From NCBI RefSeq assembly GCF_030144855.1, contig NC_082710.1:98642001-98706000 (forward strand): DNA of 64,000 nucleotides. Reading direction: 5' to 3'. This document shows positions 24,989 to 38,189 of the stretch, piece after piece. The stretch is from Hypanus sabinus (lineage: Eukaryota). Position 1 is the first letter of the stretch, and every line of letters starts with the position of its first letter. The position numbers were made by a program, and so were the translations under genes. A model generated the notes under the pieces. It was not told the origin of the DNA. It saw only the letters and a list, made by a program, of their open reading frames with translations, and did no database searches.

Positions 24989-25445
24989 GAAAGAAATGCC
25001 TCACAGAAAAAAAATGCTTCCTCCACCTCCCAGAGGTATAGTAAACTAAACAGTTCACTTTGTCATTCAAGTCCCTTATGTACAGTAAATGATAATAGGC
25101 CTTGAGATAAATATAATTAATATACACTTAAATTTGCATCAAAGTTTTGTAGATTCAAACATCTAGAGATTAATGTAAATTTAGAAAGATTAAAAAGTAG
25201 TCGGTGTCATATTTTCACCAGAGGATTTAGGGAATAGTACAGTATTCTAGAATGCAGCGAGTAAAGACTTGACTTTCTACAAGCAGAGAAACAATCGCTA
25301 GGCTGTTGTAGTGGCACAGCTGGTATAGCAGCTGCCTTAACAGTTCCACTGATGCTAACCTTCACTGCTTATGTGGAGCTTGCAAATGCACCCTATTCAG
25401 TGTGATTTTCTTCCAGAAGCCCTGGTTTCTTTCCATATTCTGTAA

Positions 25446-25975
25446 CATCAGAATGAGACTTATTACCTCTGACATATGATGTGAAAATAGTTGTTTTATA
25501 GTAGCTGTACCATGTCAAGATATAAAAGTCTATAAATAACATAAAATAAATAAATAGTGCAAAAATTGAATAATTAGGTAGTGTTCACAGGTTCACGCAT
25601 CATTAAGGAATCTGATGGAAAAAGGGAAGAAGCTATTCTTGAATCTTTGAGTAATGCCCTTTAGACTCCTGTGCCTCCTACATAATGGTAGTAACACAAA
25701 CAGAGTGTGTCCTATTTGATGAGATCAATGATTGATGCCATCTTCTTGTGGCACCACTTCTTGTAGATGTCTGCAATGGTGGAGAGGGTTATTTACATGA
25801 TGGAGCTGGCTGAGTCTTTAACCTTCTGGGGCTTCTTACAAGCCTGTGTATTTTGTTGGTCTCCATACCATGTTCTCCACCATGCAGCTGTAGAAATTTC
25901 TAAGATTCTTTGGTGACATACCAAATTTCCTCAAAGTCCTAATGAAGTAGAACCGCTGGCATGACTTTTTCCATG
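25446..25975 (-). mobile_element. Rex1/Babar-type LINE 3' fragment nested in a decayed V-SINE-like element (about 25300-26115)
   Basis: Reverse-complement homology to 9240-9780. SINE head at 25300-25440 and tail at 25980-26115. Confidence 0.65.
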
Positions 25976-26336
25976 TTTGCCACTATAAATTGCCCCTAGT
26001 GTATAGAATAAGAGGGAGATCTGATTGGAATTCCATGAGAATAAAATGGAGTTAGTGTTGGAGAAAGGGGGTTTGGTCAGTGTTGATAATGGATTGTATG
26101 TACCATAACTCTATGAAGGTTTAAAATGAGATGATTTTGAAAATTGGATATTTGACTAAATTTCAGATAGGGTTTATTTGTGTAAGGTATAAAAACAGAC
26201 CTTTCTACCCACCATATTTCTGCCAACTTTTTTACCCATCTACATTAATCCCTTTTGTCCACATTAAAATTATTTCCTTCTTTAACCTACTTCTACCATG
26301 GGAAAAAAAAAGATTTGGACCATCTATCCGAAGAGT

Positions 26337-26745
26337 GGGTAGCGGAGTAGAGATTCATTTTTATCCAAGTCGGCGTAAGGTGCTGCTTCTCTCCGCTAGC
26401 TTACAGGTCACCCTTGGGCAAGGCGTAGCACGTGCTTAGCCCCCTGATCACGGTCACCTGAAACCAAGGGAGCAGGTGGTGGATGGTTGTATCATGTCCT
26501 GGTAATGCAACCACTGATGCCAGGCAGACAATCTCTAAAGAGTATTGATAATGGCTGGAGTCACCCGTCTTGTAAAGACACTGCCCAGAAGAAGGCAATG
26601 GCAAACCACTTCTGTAGAAAAATTTGCCAATAACAGACAGGGTCATGGATAGAGAGAAGGATAAGAATAGCAGATGGAAAGACAGATGGAAGACAATAAT
26701 CACCCATGTCATATGACATGGCACATAATGATGATGATGATCATG
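26337..26745 (+). mobile_element. Non-autonomous SINE-like retroposon, probably RTE-associated, full length with 11-12 bp TSD and (TGA)n tail
   Basis: TSD ATCCGAAGAGT(G) / ATCCTAAGAGT(G). Contains GAAGGCAATGGCAAACCACT, reminiscent of Bov-A/Sauria-SINE RTE-derived sequence. Two more copies in the window. Confidence 0.7.
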
Positions 26746-26759
26746 ATCCTAAGAGTGTC

Positions 26760-27530
26760 TCTCATAATCTTTTATACATCTATCAGATCAGCCTCCTTCA
26801 GTCCAAAAATGTAAGCCCAGCCCATCCAATCTCTTTCCATTACTAAATTCCTCCAATCCAAACAACATCCTTTTCATTCTTTCCAATGCAATCAATATCA
26901 TCAGAGTAGTGTAGTAACCAGAAATGCACATAACAGTCCCAGTGTGGCCTAACCTATCACCGATAAAATTGCAGCATAAAATCCCAGCTTTTATATCCTG
27001 CGCACCAACCCATGAAGGGTAAAAGTTTTAAAGGAGAGTTGTGACTTTGCTCTCAATCGTTGATCATATCACCAACATTCACAACCACGTGGTTGATACA
27101 TATCACAAAAAGCAAACGGTGACAGTATGAATCCCACAATCCAGAAACTTCCTGTCAGGAAATCAGCCTTCCACACTACCCTCTGCCTCCTTTCACCAAG
27201 CCAATTTTGAATCATAACTGAAGGGAAATAATTTCGTCCCACACCCACATTCCAAAGACAACGGGCGGGCATGCCATACTGGCTCTGGAAGCATGGCAAC
27301 ACTTTCGGGCTGCCCCAGCATATCCTCGAACTTTGTTGGTTGTTGATGCAATCAACACATTTCATGTTTCAATGCACATATGACAAATAAAACTAAACTT
27401 TATCTTTGAATCCATTTATCCAGCTATAGCTTCTCAACCAGCCAACCACGCAGAACCTTGACAACTGCCTTGCTGAAGTCCATACAGATAAAATTTACAT
27501 TCATGCCTTTAGTGATCTTTTTGATTAACT
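26760..27530 (-). mobile_element. CR1-clade LINE fragment, decayed, interrupted by a short repeat at about 27265-27410
   Basis: Minus-strand IQNWLGERRQRVV. Reverse-complement DFSKAVVKV region near 27455-27490. Confidence 0.7.
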
Positions 27531-28088
27531 TCTCATTTGCTGAGATCCAAGATTCTGTCATATCGGACAGTGAGTGGCTGATGGGTCATAAAGGACATCG
27601 TTTCTTGAGTAGCAAGTGGAGGGAACTGATACATGATTAGACCAGGTCACTACTATTAAACTGAACTAACACACTCTCTATCTCTTTTGGCTCACAAAGA
27701 TAAGTTTATGGGGTTGCCAAAAGTTTCAGTGATGGAACAAATGCCTAAAATACACATTTTTGACTTCCAAGTGTCTTTCATGGCATTTGAAACTAACAGG
27801 TAATATAGTTTACCAGTGCCAGACCTCTTTTTAAATAAAGATGTCGGCATAAGGAATATTTGCTTTAAAAGAGCAATGGTTCAATGATCCCATTTTGACT
27901 CTAACTTCTGTAAGATTTCACTAATGTTGATTGAGATATTTCAAGCTGGCCCACTTTTATGGTCCACCTTTATCAAAGCTAGGCAGAGCAAAACAAAATA
28001 AAGGACTCGCTGTCAATGTTAAAATGGTGAATGAGATTCAAAGTATGTTCATTGACAGAAGAATCAAAGTGTCATACAGCACATAAAC

Positions 28089-28165
28089 CAGGAGTTCCCA
28101 ACCTCTTTTACGCCATGGATGATACCTTAAGCAAGAGGACTGTGGACACCAGATTGGGAATCCTG
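28089..28165. mobile_element. hAT-type MITE (77 bp) with perfect 8-bp TSD
   Basis: TIRs CAGGAGTTCCCAA / TTGGGAATCCTG. TSD ACATAAAC on both sides. Confidence 0.88.
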
Positions 28166-28664
28166 ACATAAACAGATCCTTAAGCCCACTCTGTTCATGG
28201 CAACCCTTATATACAAATTCTGTTTATCAGTGACCTTCTATGCCTTGGCAATTCTATTGCTTGGGTAGGTAATTAATAAATTGTGTGACATATTAAAAGA
28301 TGTATCGCAAGTATGTGCTTTAATTTAATTTATAGTGCTTCATTATTTACTTAGGAGATAATAAATAACAATTATTTTAATTAGTCATAATATTTTCAAT
28401 TCATGACTGTCCTCTTTAATGAATAATACTTTAATAACTTTTGTAGTTTTATCTTATCAGAGCTGGAACAATATCCTTTTCTCAATTTAGTTATATGTAA
28501 GGGATCTGTTTTGCAAAGCCTAGTTACTTTATGTATAAACTTGAGCTGAAGAATATGCTCAGCTAGGGCATGCTCTGTATTCTTTTTAGCAATGAAATCC
28601 TATCAAGTCTAGTTGTTCCTACCTGCACTTTGTGAACCTTGCCGCTTCTTTAGCATTTGGATGT

Positions 28665-28795
28665 ATTTTTATGAGGACAAGTTGCTAGCTTGATGCTCAA
28701 CCCAGCACAGATAGGAAGTGTGCAAGGAATTGGCCAGATTCAAACCTGGGACTATTCACCTCAAAGGCAGAAGGATGCCACTACACCATCGGCTG
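28665..28795 (-). mobile_element. Short tRNA-derived SINE
   Basis: Reverse complement has A-box TGGTGTAGTGG, B-box-like GGTTTGAATCT and an A-rich tail. Confidence 0.65.
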
Positions 28796-30700
28796 ATGAA
28801 GTCTAGTACATATGTTCCTAAGACATCATATAGTATCAGAATTACTCTGTACTTGCACTAGTTTACAATTTCATATGAAATAAAATGTTTTAAAACAAAA
28901 TAAACATAGAAATTTTGTGGAATATGTTTCTTTATATTTGGCTCAGTTAGAAGATGCATAAAAAATTTGCAATTGAGCAATGCCATCATGGGAGATTGCC
29001 TGCTTGATCCTCTGGCTGAGTTGAGTTGTTTCGATTCAGTCCGAAATACTGAGAGTCTCCATGTCCCTGGGCAATGGATGACAAGTGCTCTAACTAGATC
29101 ATAATCAAGCAAGGGCTGCTAGACTGTCCTCATGTACAAACATAAGTCGATGACAGGATCAGCTTGCCTGAGATGCCAGCATTGTCAAATAGCCTGCCAG
29201 AACTCATTGTCTAAAGTTTGTCATGAGAAATGACAATCTGACAAACGTAATGGACAGTAACCAATACTCATGGAATGATAACCTCAGCTTAACTCAACAC
29301 TCAAGAGTGGAAAGTTGAAAATAATTTGAAATGAATTGCAGCATCTTCAAGTTTGGATAGGTACATGGATGGTAGGGGTGTGGAGGTTAATGGTCCCAGA
29401 GCAGATCGTTGGGAGTAGGCTGTTTAAATAGTTTGGCGTGTATAAGATGGCCCGAAAGGCCTGTTTATGTGCTGTACTTTTCTATAACTCTATGACTCTT
29501 AAGTACTAAACTAATGCTAACAGATCTTTTGACATTGGCCAGCACAATGAGATCAGGTGAGGTATATCTCGACAAATGATAAAACAATCAAGAGAGGCAA
29601 AATAATGGAGGACTTCTGTTTTGATAGTGACATAACTTTAAAGCAAATAATCTATGGAAAATTATTATGGAAGCTGTTGTAGAGCATGTCCCTTCAGCCT
29701 ATCATTTTGTGCTATCCTTTTAATCTACTCCAAGATCAATCTAATCAATCTCTCCCACATAGCCCTCCGCTTTTCTTTCATCGATGTGCCTATCTAAGAG
29801 TGTCTTAAATGTTCCTAATGTATATGCCTCTACAACCATCTCTGGCAGTGCATTCCATGCACTTACCACTCTCTGTCTAAAAGTGCTACCTCTGACATCC
29901 CCCTACACTTTCCTCCAATCACCTTGTATTAGCCATTGCCACCTGGGTAATAAGGTTTATAAACTTACACCACTGAAGCACTTCCAGGAAATTAGGAGGA
30001 GATGATGACCAACATGAGAATAAGATGAATGCTCATCCTTCCTGTTAATTGTGAATACCTGTTAATCTCTAATTTGAAAGCAATCTTTAAATTTCAATAG
30101 AGCATCAAATGGGATAACTTCACTCAACTTTATTTTCCCCATCATTGAAGTGTTCCCACAACCAATGGCTTCTCTTTCAAGGACTCTTTATCTCATGTTC
30201 TTGACATCTATTGCTCAATTATTTATATTATTATTTCTTCTTTTTGCGTCTGCACAGTTTATTGTCTTCTGCACTCTGACTAAATACTCTAGTTGAGCAA
30301 TTTTTCACTAATTTGTTATAGTTAGCTATTCTAAAGATTTGCTGAGTAGTCCCTCAGGAAAATGAATCTCATGACATATATGTACTTTGATAATAAAATT
30401 TACTTTGGACTTTGAACTTTGAAATTAATGAGGAATAAAATTCCTGCACTCTGACTAGTATTTTGGGTGTGGTAGAAGTTAAACAAAATAAGAGATTGTT
30501 TTAGTTCTGAATATGACAGTATTACATTGCTGTGCTAAAATTTAAGGCACATATAAACAGCTAGAGTTTCTAAGACTTTTGCACCATACTATATATTGGT
30601 TAAAACAGGGATGAGATTGGAAAACAGAAATATAAGCACTTAGCTTTGTATTAGCTCAGTAGTTTTAAATGTTATTTGGGAACTGGAAAGATATAATTTA

Positions 30701-30767
30701 CAGCACTATGCAAAAGTCTTGGGCACCTTAGCTATATATATGTGCCAAAGACATTTGCACAGCACTG
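30701..30767. mobile_element. Tc1/mariner-type mini-MITE (67 bp), TA TSD
   Basis: TA|CAGCACTATGCAAAAGTCTTGGGCAC...GTGCCAAAGACATTTGCACAGCACTG|TA. Confidence 0.8.
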
Positions 30768-30867
30768 TACGTGATTAACAATTAACAGACAGTTTCATAG
30801 GACATTAATAGTTCAATACTACTGAGAAATTTGATCTGATGGTGTCAATGTCTTATTTATTTTCCAG

Positions 30868-30955
30868 GAAAAACTGGACCAGTTCTTGGGTTTGCCTTGA
30901 GGGAGACAAAATTGACTTCTACAAAGATAGCAAACAACAAATTTTAGCCAATTCG
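30868..30955 (+). CDS. ARHGAP15: Rho GTPase-activating protein 15, internal coding exon (PH domain), 88 nt, phase 2 to phase 0
   Basis: Acceptor tcttatttattttccag, donor TCG|gtaagc. Translates (R)KNWTSSWVCLEGDKIDFYKDSKQQILANS, matching my recollection of human ARHGAP15 RKNWSTSWIVLSSRRIEFYKESKQQALSNM. Splices in frame to the next exon. Confidence 0.95.
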
Positions 30956-33026
30956 GTAAGCAGTTCTAAAGATATGCATTGTGACAACTTGTTAAAGTGA
31001 GACCTACACTCATCATTCAGGCTTTGATTTGCAGCTAAATGTCTTGTGTTGCCTGCTAGTCATTTTGTAGGTGGGACACAAGTAACCATGTGCTGAATAA
31101 AGCCAAGCCTTGAGGAAGACACAAGACCTCTGATATTCTTTTCTATGCAGTAGGCATTAATAACTAACTGTGACAGACATGAGTGGTAAACAAGATATCA
31201 AGGAATTGAAGAGTGTGGCAGAAGTTGTTGCCTTGCAGCTGAAAGATACTTCAGGAAAAGACAGGCGCATACCTCCATGTGGGAATGTGGCCAGGGCTCA
31301 GATAGTGACACAGTTTGGGTAGAGAAAGATGTTTTTGACAATCACCCACTACTTATTTCTCTCAGGGATGAGAGGATGCTGCCAGACCTTATTGAAATGA
31401 TGTGCGGCTGGGAAGGTGCACTTTGTGCAGGAGTCAAAACGTATAACTGCTTTTGATGCTGCAATTGACTAAAATCTATTACTCTGATGGTCATATAGGC
31501 ATTTTGGCAGCTTTTAGCATGCGGCTCTCAGATTAGTTCTGACAAAGTGGCCAAGATATCTATCATCAAAACTGAAATGCTAGGCACTACAGGAAATGAA
31601 CATTGTGCAACTTAGCCTTGCAAATGGCCCTAATAGCTGAAAAGTACTTTCTCTCCAACCGTTTTGGCAAATGTGAGAAAGCATGTCTAAAGTTATAAGT
31701 ATGGAACATTTTATTAGAACTTAGTAATTTCAAGTTAACCTGCAATCACAGAAAAATATTTTAATTTATATTTCTTTATATGATATTCAGAACGCAATTT
31801 TGAACAAAATAAAGCATGGTCAAGAAAATTACACACTTGTACAAAGATCTGGCTCCTTTATACTTGAGAAGAAAGTAGTTAACACATCTTGTAGATGTGC
31901 GAATGATTGGCATCAGTTAATTCTTTAATATTTTGGCATTATTTGTTATGAAGAAATCTGTAGAACAAATAATTAAATTCTTCAACAACATCATGTGAAG
32001 GATTCTGCTCAATATTCAGTCCAAAATCTAGATGTAAATTACACTTGAAGTTACATTGTTCGTCTGAGGTGAAATTATTGTTCAAGTTTGTGTGCAAACT
32101 CCTTCGAACTGTAGAATAAAAAACTGTAGATCACAGGATCATAATGTCTCTACTCTGCATGTTACCCTGTTAAACTAATTTCTCCTGCCTGCACATGATA
32201 TACATCCTTGCATTTTGTGCTTATCCATATGCCTATCTAAAAGCCTTTTAAATACCATCACATACATGTTTCTGCCACTACACAGCATTATCCAACCATC
32301 TACTATGCTGTGTGAAAAAGAAATTCTGCACAAATCTCCTTTAAACCTTCCCATCTCACCATAAAGTGATGCCCTAAAGTAATGCCCTAAAGCCCTAAAG
32401 TAAAAACATTTCTACTCTGGGAAAATGATTCTGACTGTCTATCCTGTATATGCATCCCATGATTTTATAAACTTCTATCAGTTGTCAGCTCAGCTTTGGA
32501 CACTCAAGAGATAGATCATACTCTTTAATTCAGGCTGCATCCTGGTAAATCTCTTCCAACCCTCTCCAAAGAGTTCACATCCTTTCTGATATGGAACAAG
32601 CAGAACTGTAAACAATTCTCCACGTGTGGACTAATAAAGCTGCTACATGAGTACCTGATCCTTATTCTCAATGCTCTAACCAATGAATACAGACTTGTTA
32701 TATATTCTTTTACCACCTTTTCTAATTTTATTGCCATTTTCAGGGAGCAGTGGGCTTAGATGGCAAGATCCCACTGCATATAATGTTGCTAAGTGTCCCG
32801 CCATTAACTATATACAGTACTTTCTTCTTACATTGGACATCACAAAGTGCAACACCTCATACTTCACTGAAATAAGCATCATCTTTCATTTGTACACCCA
32901 TGTCTCTAACTGATCTATATCCTGCTTTATTCTTTGACAGCCTTCATGAGCAATGCCAGCAAATTTGTGTCATCTGCAAACTTGCTAACCCACTGATCTA
33001 CATTTTAATTAAATTATTTGTAAATA

Positions 33027-34136
33027 CAGTGGATTCCAGTTAATTGAGATCAATCAGCACAGGTACATCTGGCCCAACTAAGCACCTGCCCTAATTAGCT
33101 GAAGTTTCATGGAAATAGTTAAAAAGGTATAAAAGGTAAACTACCATTTGACTGAATAACAAATCATGTGTTCTAATGAAAGATAGAACAAACTAAACAC
33201 TACCAATACCACTATAGAACTAAAAATTCTGTATTAGCTCCTAATAGTTTTCATTGGAAGAATTCATCCAGTGTACACTGCAGTGTTCTTTGGTTTGACT
33301 GTAAATTAACATAATCAGTGCAAACACCTAGTGCAGATGATGGACTTCCCTCAACAATGCTTTCGATGATTGCATCCTACAAATCTAAATTTTCTTTGTA
33401 TCATTCAAGCTGATTACTGATATCTTCAAATTCTTTGTTGGTCCTAACTTGCTGAAGTAGCAAAATAACTTCATGTTCATTCCCAGACATTCCTGGCATT
33501 TCCAAGCCTGAATGTTTGAAATTGCAGTGAACAAAGCAGTTCTGAATTATCTTACTACTTATTTATTGCCAACTTTCGGTGACAAAAATAATTATTTTTG
33601 AGCACGAACACACACAACTAATGCTATTTAAACACTGTTTTCTTTAAGCACACTGTAGTGTCTAATAGCCACACAAGGGCAATACAGTGGTGTAGCATTA
33701 GTACAACTCACTACAGTATAGGTAACCAGGGCTCAATTCCCATCACCGCCAGTATGGAGTTTGTATGTACTCCCTGTGAATGTGAGAGTTTCCTGCATAT
33801 GCTCCGATTTCCTCCAACAGTCCTAAGGCGTACTAGTTTGTAGGTTAATTGGTCATTGAAACATGTTAATGACCAGGCTAAGATTGAGTTGGGAGATTGC
33901 TGAGCAGTGCAGCTCAAAGGGCCAGAAGGAACTATTCTGTGCTGTATTTCGATAAATTTTAAATACGTGTATGTGACTGACGCTAATTAGAAACTGTTCA
34001 GCAACAGCCTCCTGTTCCAATTAATCAGCATAGTGTTCCAAATAAATGAAGAGAATCCTGGTTATTTTCTTGATTAGTTTTTGTTCTTTAAGAGTTGTTC
34101 CAAATATCTGATTGCCCAATTAACCAGAATCTACTG
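33027..34136. mobile_element. Non-autonomous pogo/Tigger-like DNA transposon, TA TSD
   Basis: TA|CAGTGGATTCCAGTTAATTG ... CAATTAACCAGAATCTACTG|TA imperfect TIRs of about 20 bp. Confidence 0.8.
33677..33965 (+). mobile_element. tRNA-derived V-SINE/HE1-like SINE nested in the DNA transposon
   Basis: A-box-like GTGGTGTAGCATT, B-box-like GGCTCAATTCCC, V-domain-like core, CR1-type tail gggccagaaggaactattctgtgctgtat. Confidence 0.8.
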
Positions 34137-37100
34137 TATTACAAACAAGATATGTTAGACACTGATCCCTGTGCAACATTTCTAAGTAGAATTCTACTAT
34201 TCTATTATTACTCCCTGTCATCAATGGGCATGGCACTTCTGAATCTAAACACTAAGTTATCATGGATAGGGATAGAGCTGTGGGTGCTGTGCACATGGAC
34301 ATAACTAAGGCATTTGACAAGGTCCCTCATGCATCTTAATTGTTTGGATCAGTCTAGCATGAGGGACCTTGCTAAAGGCCTCTCTAAACATCCACTGCCC
34401 TACCCTCATCAATTACCTTTGACTGACAACTTTTCAAAATAAACTCAATCAAGTTATAGCCTTGTTCTATTCAGTTTCATAGAACAACCCTAGAAGTGAA
34501 TCCACTGTCCCTAAGGTGTATCCTCCCTGAAATAAGTAAGCATTAAAACTGTTCATAGTGCTGTGTATGTTCTCTGATCAAAGCCCAGAATGAATTTAGG
34601 AAGAGCTGTTTGTGTTTGTACTCTAGCTTTCTTACAATAAAGACAATATTCCTTTCTTAATCACTTTCTGCATCTGCAATCTAATTTATTTTTGTGATTC
34701 CACGTAGGATGAATCACTTTGAACTTCAGAATTAAATAGTAAATTGGTAAATTAGTTTATTATTGTGAAGGTACTGTAGAGATGCAGTGAAAAACTTATT
34801 CTGCATACTGTAAGTATATATCAATTCATTTAAACAGTGCATAGAGGCAGTACATTATATAACAGTAACAGAGTGAAGAGTAATGTGTTGCAGTTACAAA
34901 GGAAGTGCAGTGCAAGTAGGTAATATTGTGGAAGATCACAACAAAGTAAATTGTAAGCTTGAGAATCCATTTTATCATACTAGGTGCTTTCATTTCTTGA
35001 AAGCAATACATTATTTTACTCTTCTTATCAAAGTGAGCTAGACTTGCCCACATTATGCTCCATTTGTAAGGAGACTGGCGTTCCAATAGAGGTATGTAAA
35101 ATCGTGGCAGCATAGATAGGGTCAATGTGCACAGTCTTTTTTTTCCCCTGGCTGGAGGGGACATAGGTTTAAGATGAAAAGGGAAAGTTTTTCACTCAAA
35201 GGGTGGTCTGTACATGGAATGAGTTGCCAAGGCAAGTGGTTGAGGCTCATACAATAACACATTTAAAAGCTACTTGGACAGTTATTTGAATAAGCAGCTT
35301 TAAAGGCTTGTAAGACCATAAAATATAGGAATAAAATTTGGCAACTTGGCTCATTGAGTCTGCTCCACCATTTCATCACGACTGATCCATTTTCCCTCTC
35401 AGCCTCAATCTTCTGCCTTCTCCCTGTCCTTACTAATCAAGAATCTATAAACCTCTGCCAAATGCAGACGAACGGGGCTAGTTTAAGTTGGTCAGTTTGG
35501 ATCAGTTGGGCTGAAGGTGCCCTTTTAATACTGTATTGTATTATGATTCTGTGAGAGAGAATATATATATAGGCATGACTGCCACTGGTGATGAGGTTAA
35601 ATCAGGGATGTTGATGTTTTCAATGTCAGTTAATCAGACTATAATTGGAAAATGGTAGAAATCTCAAAGGTCTTGTACTGGGCACCATTACAAAGATAAG
35701 GCCATTCGTGTTTGGCTTAACAGGGAGCCAATCTTCTCAGCACTAGTTTGAAAAGGGGACTGGACCATATGTTTATTCCAGCATGGACCATGATGCTCTA
35801 GGTGACTATATATGGTAAAATGAGAGAAATTGATTACCAATCATTTGGAGTAATGGCGCATGATCTGAAAAAAAGATGGGATTTCAACAGTAGGTGGACT
35901 GTTCTGCTGCTCTATTTGGATGTTTCAATTGAACAGAAACGTATTAGAGTAATTGAAAGAGATTTACCCCTCTCTTTGTCTTTCACTCAAGGCATGAGGC
36001 CACACTTATGGACAGGCTAACTCTCCACCACCCCCCCCCCCCCACTATTTTTTACACCAGAATTTGAATACTCAAATTTGGTTCTACAGATTTGGTCTTA
36101 TGTTTCCTTTTTTTTGTGCTAATTAACTGGTTTCAGATTAAATGTGTTGATTTCAGCAGAGACACGGGCCATTTTACTAAGTACTCATTTTAAAAGATAA
36201 TTAGTGAAAAATGGCCAAGTCCAATAGAAATTTAACAGTTCTAGATGATGGAGAGAAATGTTTTCTTTCGGGGTTTTTTTTGCATTGTTTTTGCCACTTT
36301 TTAAATAAACTCTGCATTGAAAGACTATTCCCTTTCTTAGGTGTTGGGGAAATTCTCAAGAAAACAGATTCCCAGTCTTTCCTGCCAGTAACTTCTTCAC
36401 AACTGGAGTAGGAAGAAACAAGCATGTTTAGTCATGTGAAGATACTTTAGCCAAAGGTTATGTGTTCCCATTGCAAGCAATCAAATGGCTCGTTAGACTG
36501 AAACCTTATACAACTCTACATGGTTATGTGGGTATGGTAACCCACTGAGCATCATATTTGCCTAAGTTTGGCTAAGTCCTTGTAGTGGGCTGCATTTCTA
36601 ACCAAACAAGGACTTGTATTCAATGAATGTAGAAAATAACATGCCTCCATTATTGACTGGCGAACTGTCTAAACGCATTGCCATAAATGAGCTGCCCATT
36701 TGTTCTTCACTGCACGATGTACCATGGGACAGTGATCATGAGCATCTCCTTTATAATCCCTGGACAAATATGATCATGATTGAGCCCATTTATAATGTTG
36801 GACAAATAACTTGCGAGCTTCCCAATAGAGATAGAAAATGTATTGTTAAATGCCTGAACTTGACTCTTTTGCTGTGAATTAGAGTTTAGAGTTGCATAAC
36901 TTATCAATTTATTTTTCCAGTAGATAACAAAGCTGGTGTGTTCCATTTGTGTAAATTACAAAACTGAGGTGAAAAAGATTCACTCTATTCATTGCAAAAG
37001 AATGAATATGGTTCTGATCTTAGTCTCACATCTTCTCAGAGGTGCTGTACAATCAAAGCAATTGGACTGATCAGATTTTATAGCTTATGGGGTGGAAAGG

Positions 37101-38189
37101 CTGGCAGATTTGGTTATTAAGCAGTCACAGAATTTAAACTTACAACATTGAGATTATGAAGCAAGTGCTTCTAATGCTGTGTTGCCATCACGCCTCAAGT
37201 CAAATGCTTCTCCCTAACACAAGAAAATCCATATAAAGCGAAACAAGAAGTGTGTCGTATTTTGAAAAAGTTAACAGGAATTGTCAGGGTCAACAAAAAG
37301 TCATCATCACTGAAACGTTGTCAAAAACAAATGATGTGAATTAAAACTAACTGCAATAGTGGATCAGAACTCTGATGTAGAGCATTATTTCCAGTTAGTA
37401 ATGTCAGAATACAGATCAGATTATGAATTCAAATGAAATTTACCTTACACTGAGTATAATTTTATTAATCAGTCCAAGTTTCAGTGACAGCAAAGAGATA
37501 GCTATAACAGAGACATATAAACAAATTAGACAGTAAACCTTAATTTATGTGATAAGTGGAATTTACTCAATCACTTAAGCTGTTCTAGTGTTTACTAAAA
37601 CACAGTTAAAAGAGCCTGAGTACTGCATTTAATGGATCTAAACCCATTACAGATGCTTTGGTTTACATACATTGAGGGAGTTCTAGTCAAATACCACAAG
37701 CCATAAAACATAGACTGATAAACAAATTTAACCAATCAGTAAATTAGCAAATCCGTGGACAGAATATGCAATATCTGGCTGATAATTATCTAAAACTTGT
37801 TTATAACTAAGAGATTGAGTGATTACAACCCATTACATTTACGTAGCTTTTTTAAACCTGCCTTAAGAACACCAGCACAATTATAGTGATCATCCATTGC
37901 CATTTACTGCAAACCACTCCATTCATTTTCTGGATACGCTGGATTTTCTTTTTACCAACTATATGGTGATTTACTTATTGAAGGGTTATTTTAGAATTCT
38001 CATCTTTGTTTCATGTTTCTGTTACTTAGCCTAGAATACAAACAATATCTCATAAGTTTTGTGTATTTTCCACTGCGGGTGTGCATTTGACGTCTAAGAT
38101 ACTGAGAATATTTTGCAAACAGCAACTATTCACAAATGTGCTTACTGTCATAGAGGTCAATGGAATAAAAATGAAACAGCCTATCACAT

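Larger units (their letters stand above)
32125..34460 (-). mobile_element. CR1-clade LINE, interrupted at 33027-34136 by a DNA transposon
   Basis: 32525-32737(-) SPHVENCLQF..IRKDVNSLERV. Reverse-complement KFADDT at about 32965-32985. CR1 sequence resumes at 34137. Confidence 0.8.

Noticed and set aside
26337-26450. HDV-like or twister ribozyme at the 5' end of the RTE-associated repeat
   Set aside because: A P1-like pairing (GGGTGGC/GTCACCC) exists, but I could not build a canonical P3/L3/P1.1 or J4/2, and no twister core is present. Kept only as a structured 5' end.
26655-26700. AATAGCAGATGGAAAG as part of the missing upstream ARHGAP15 exon (KIADGGKKLR)
   Set aside because: It lies inside the SINE-like repeat, lacks splice sites and does not encode the rest of the expected peptide.
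28665-28795. tRNA gene
   Set aside because: A- and B-box-like motifs are present but there is no full cloverleaf, and it continues into a SINE body with an A-rich tail.
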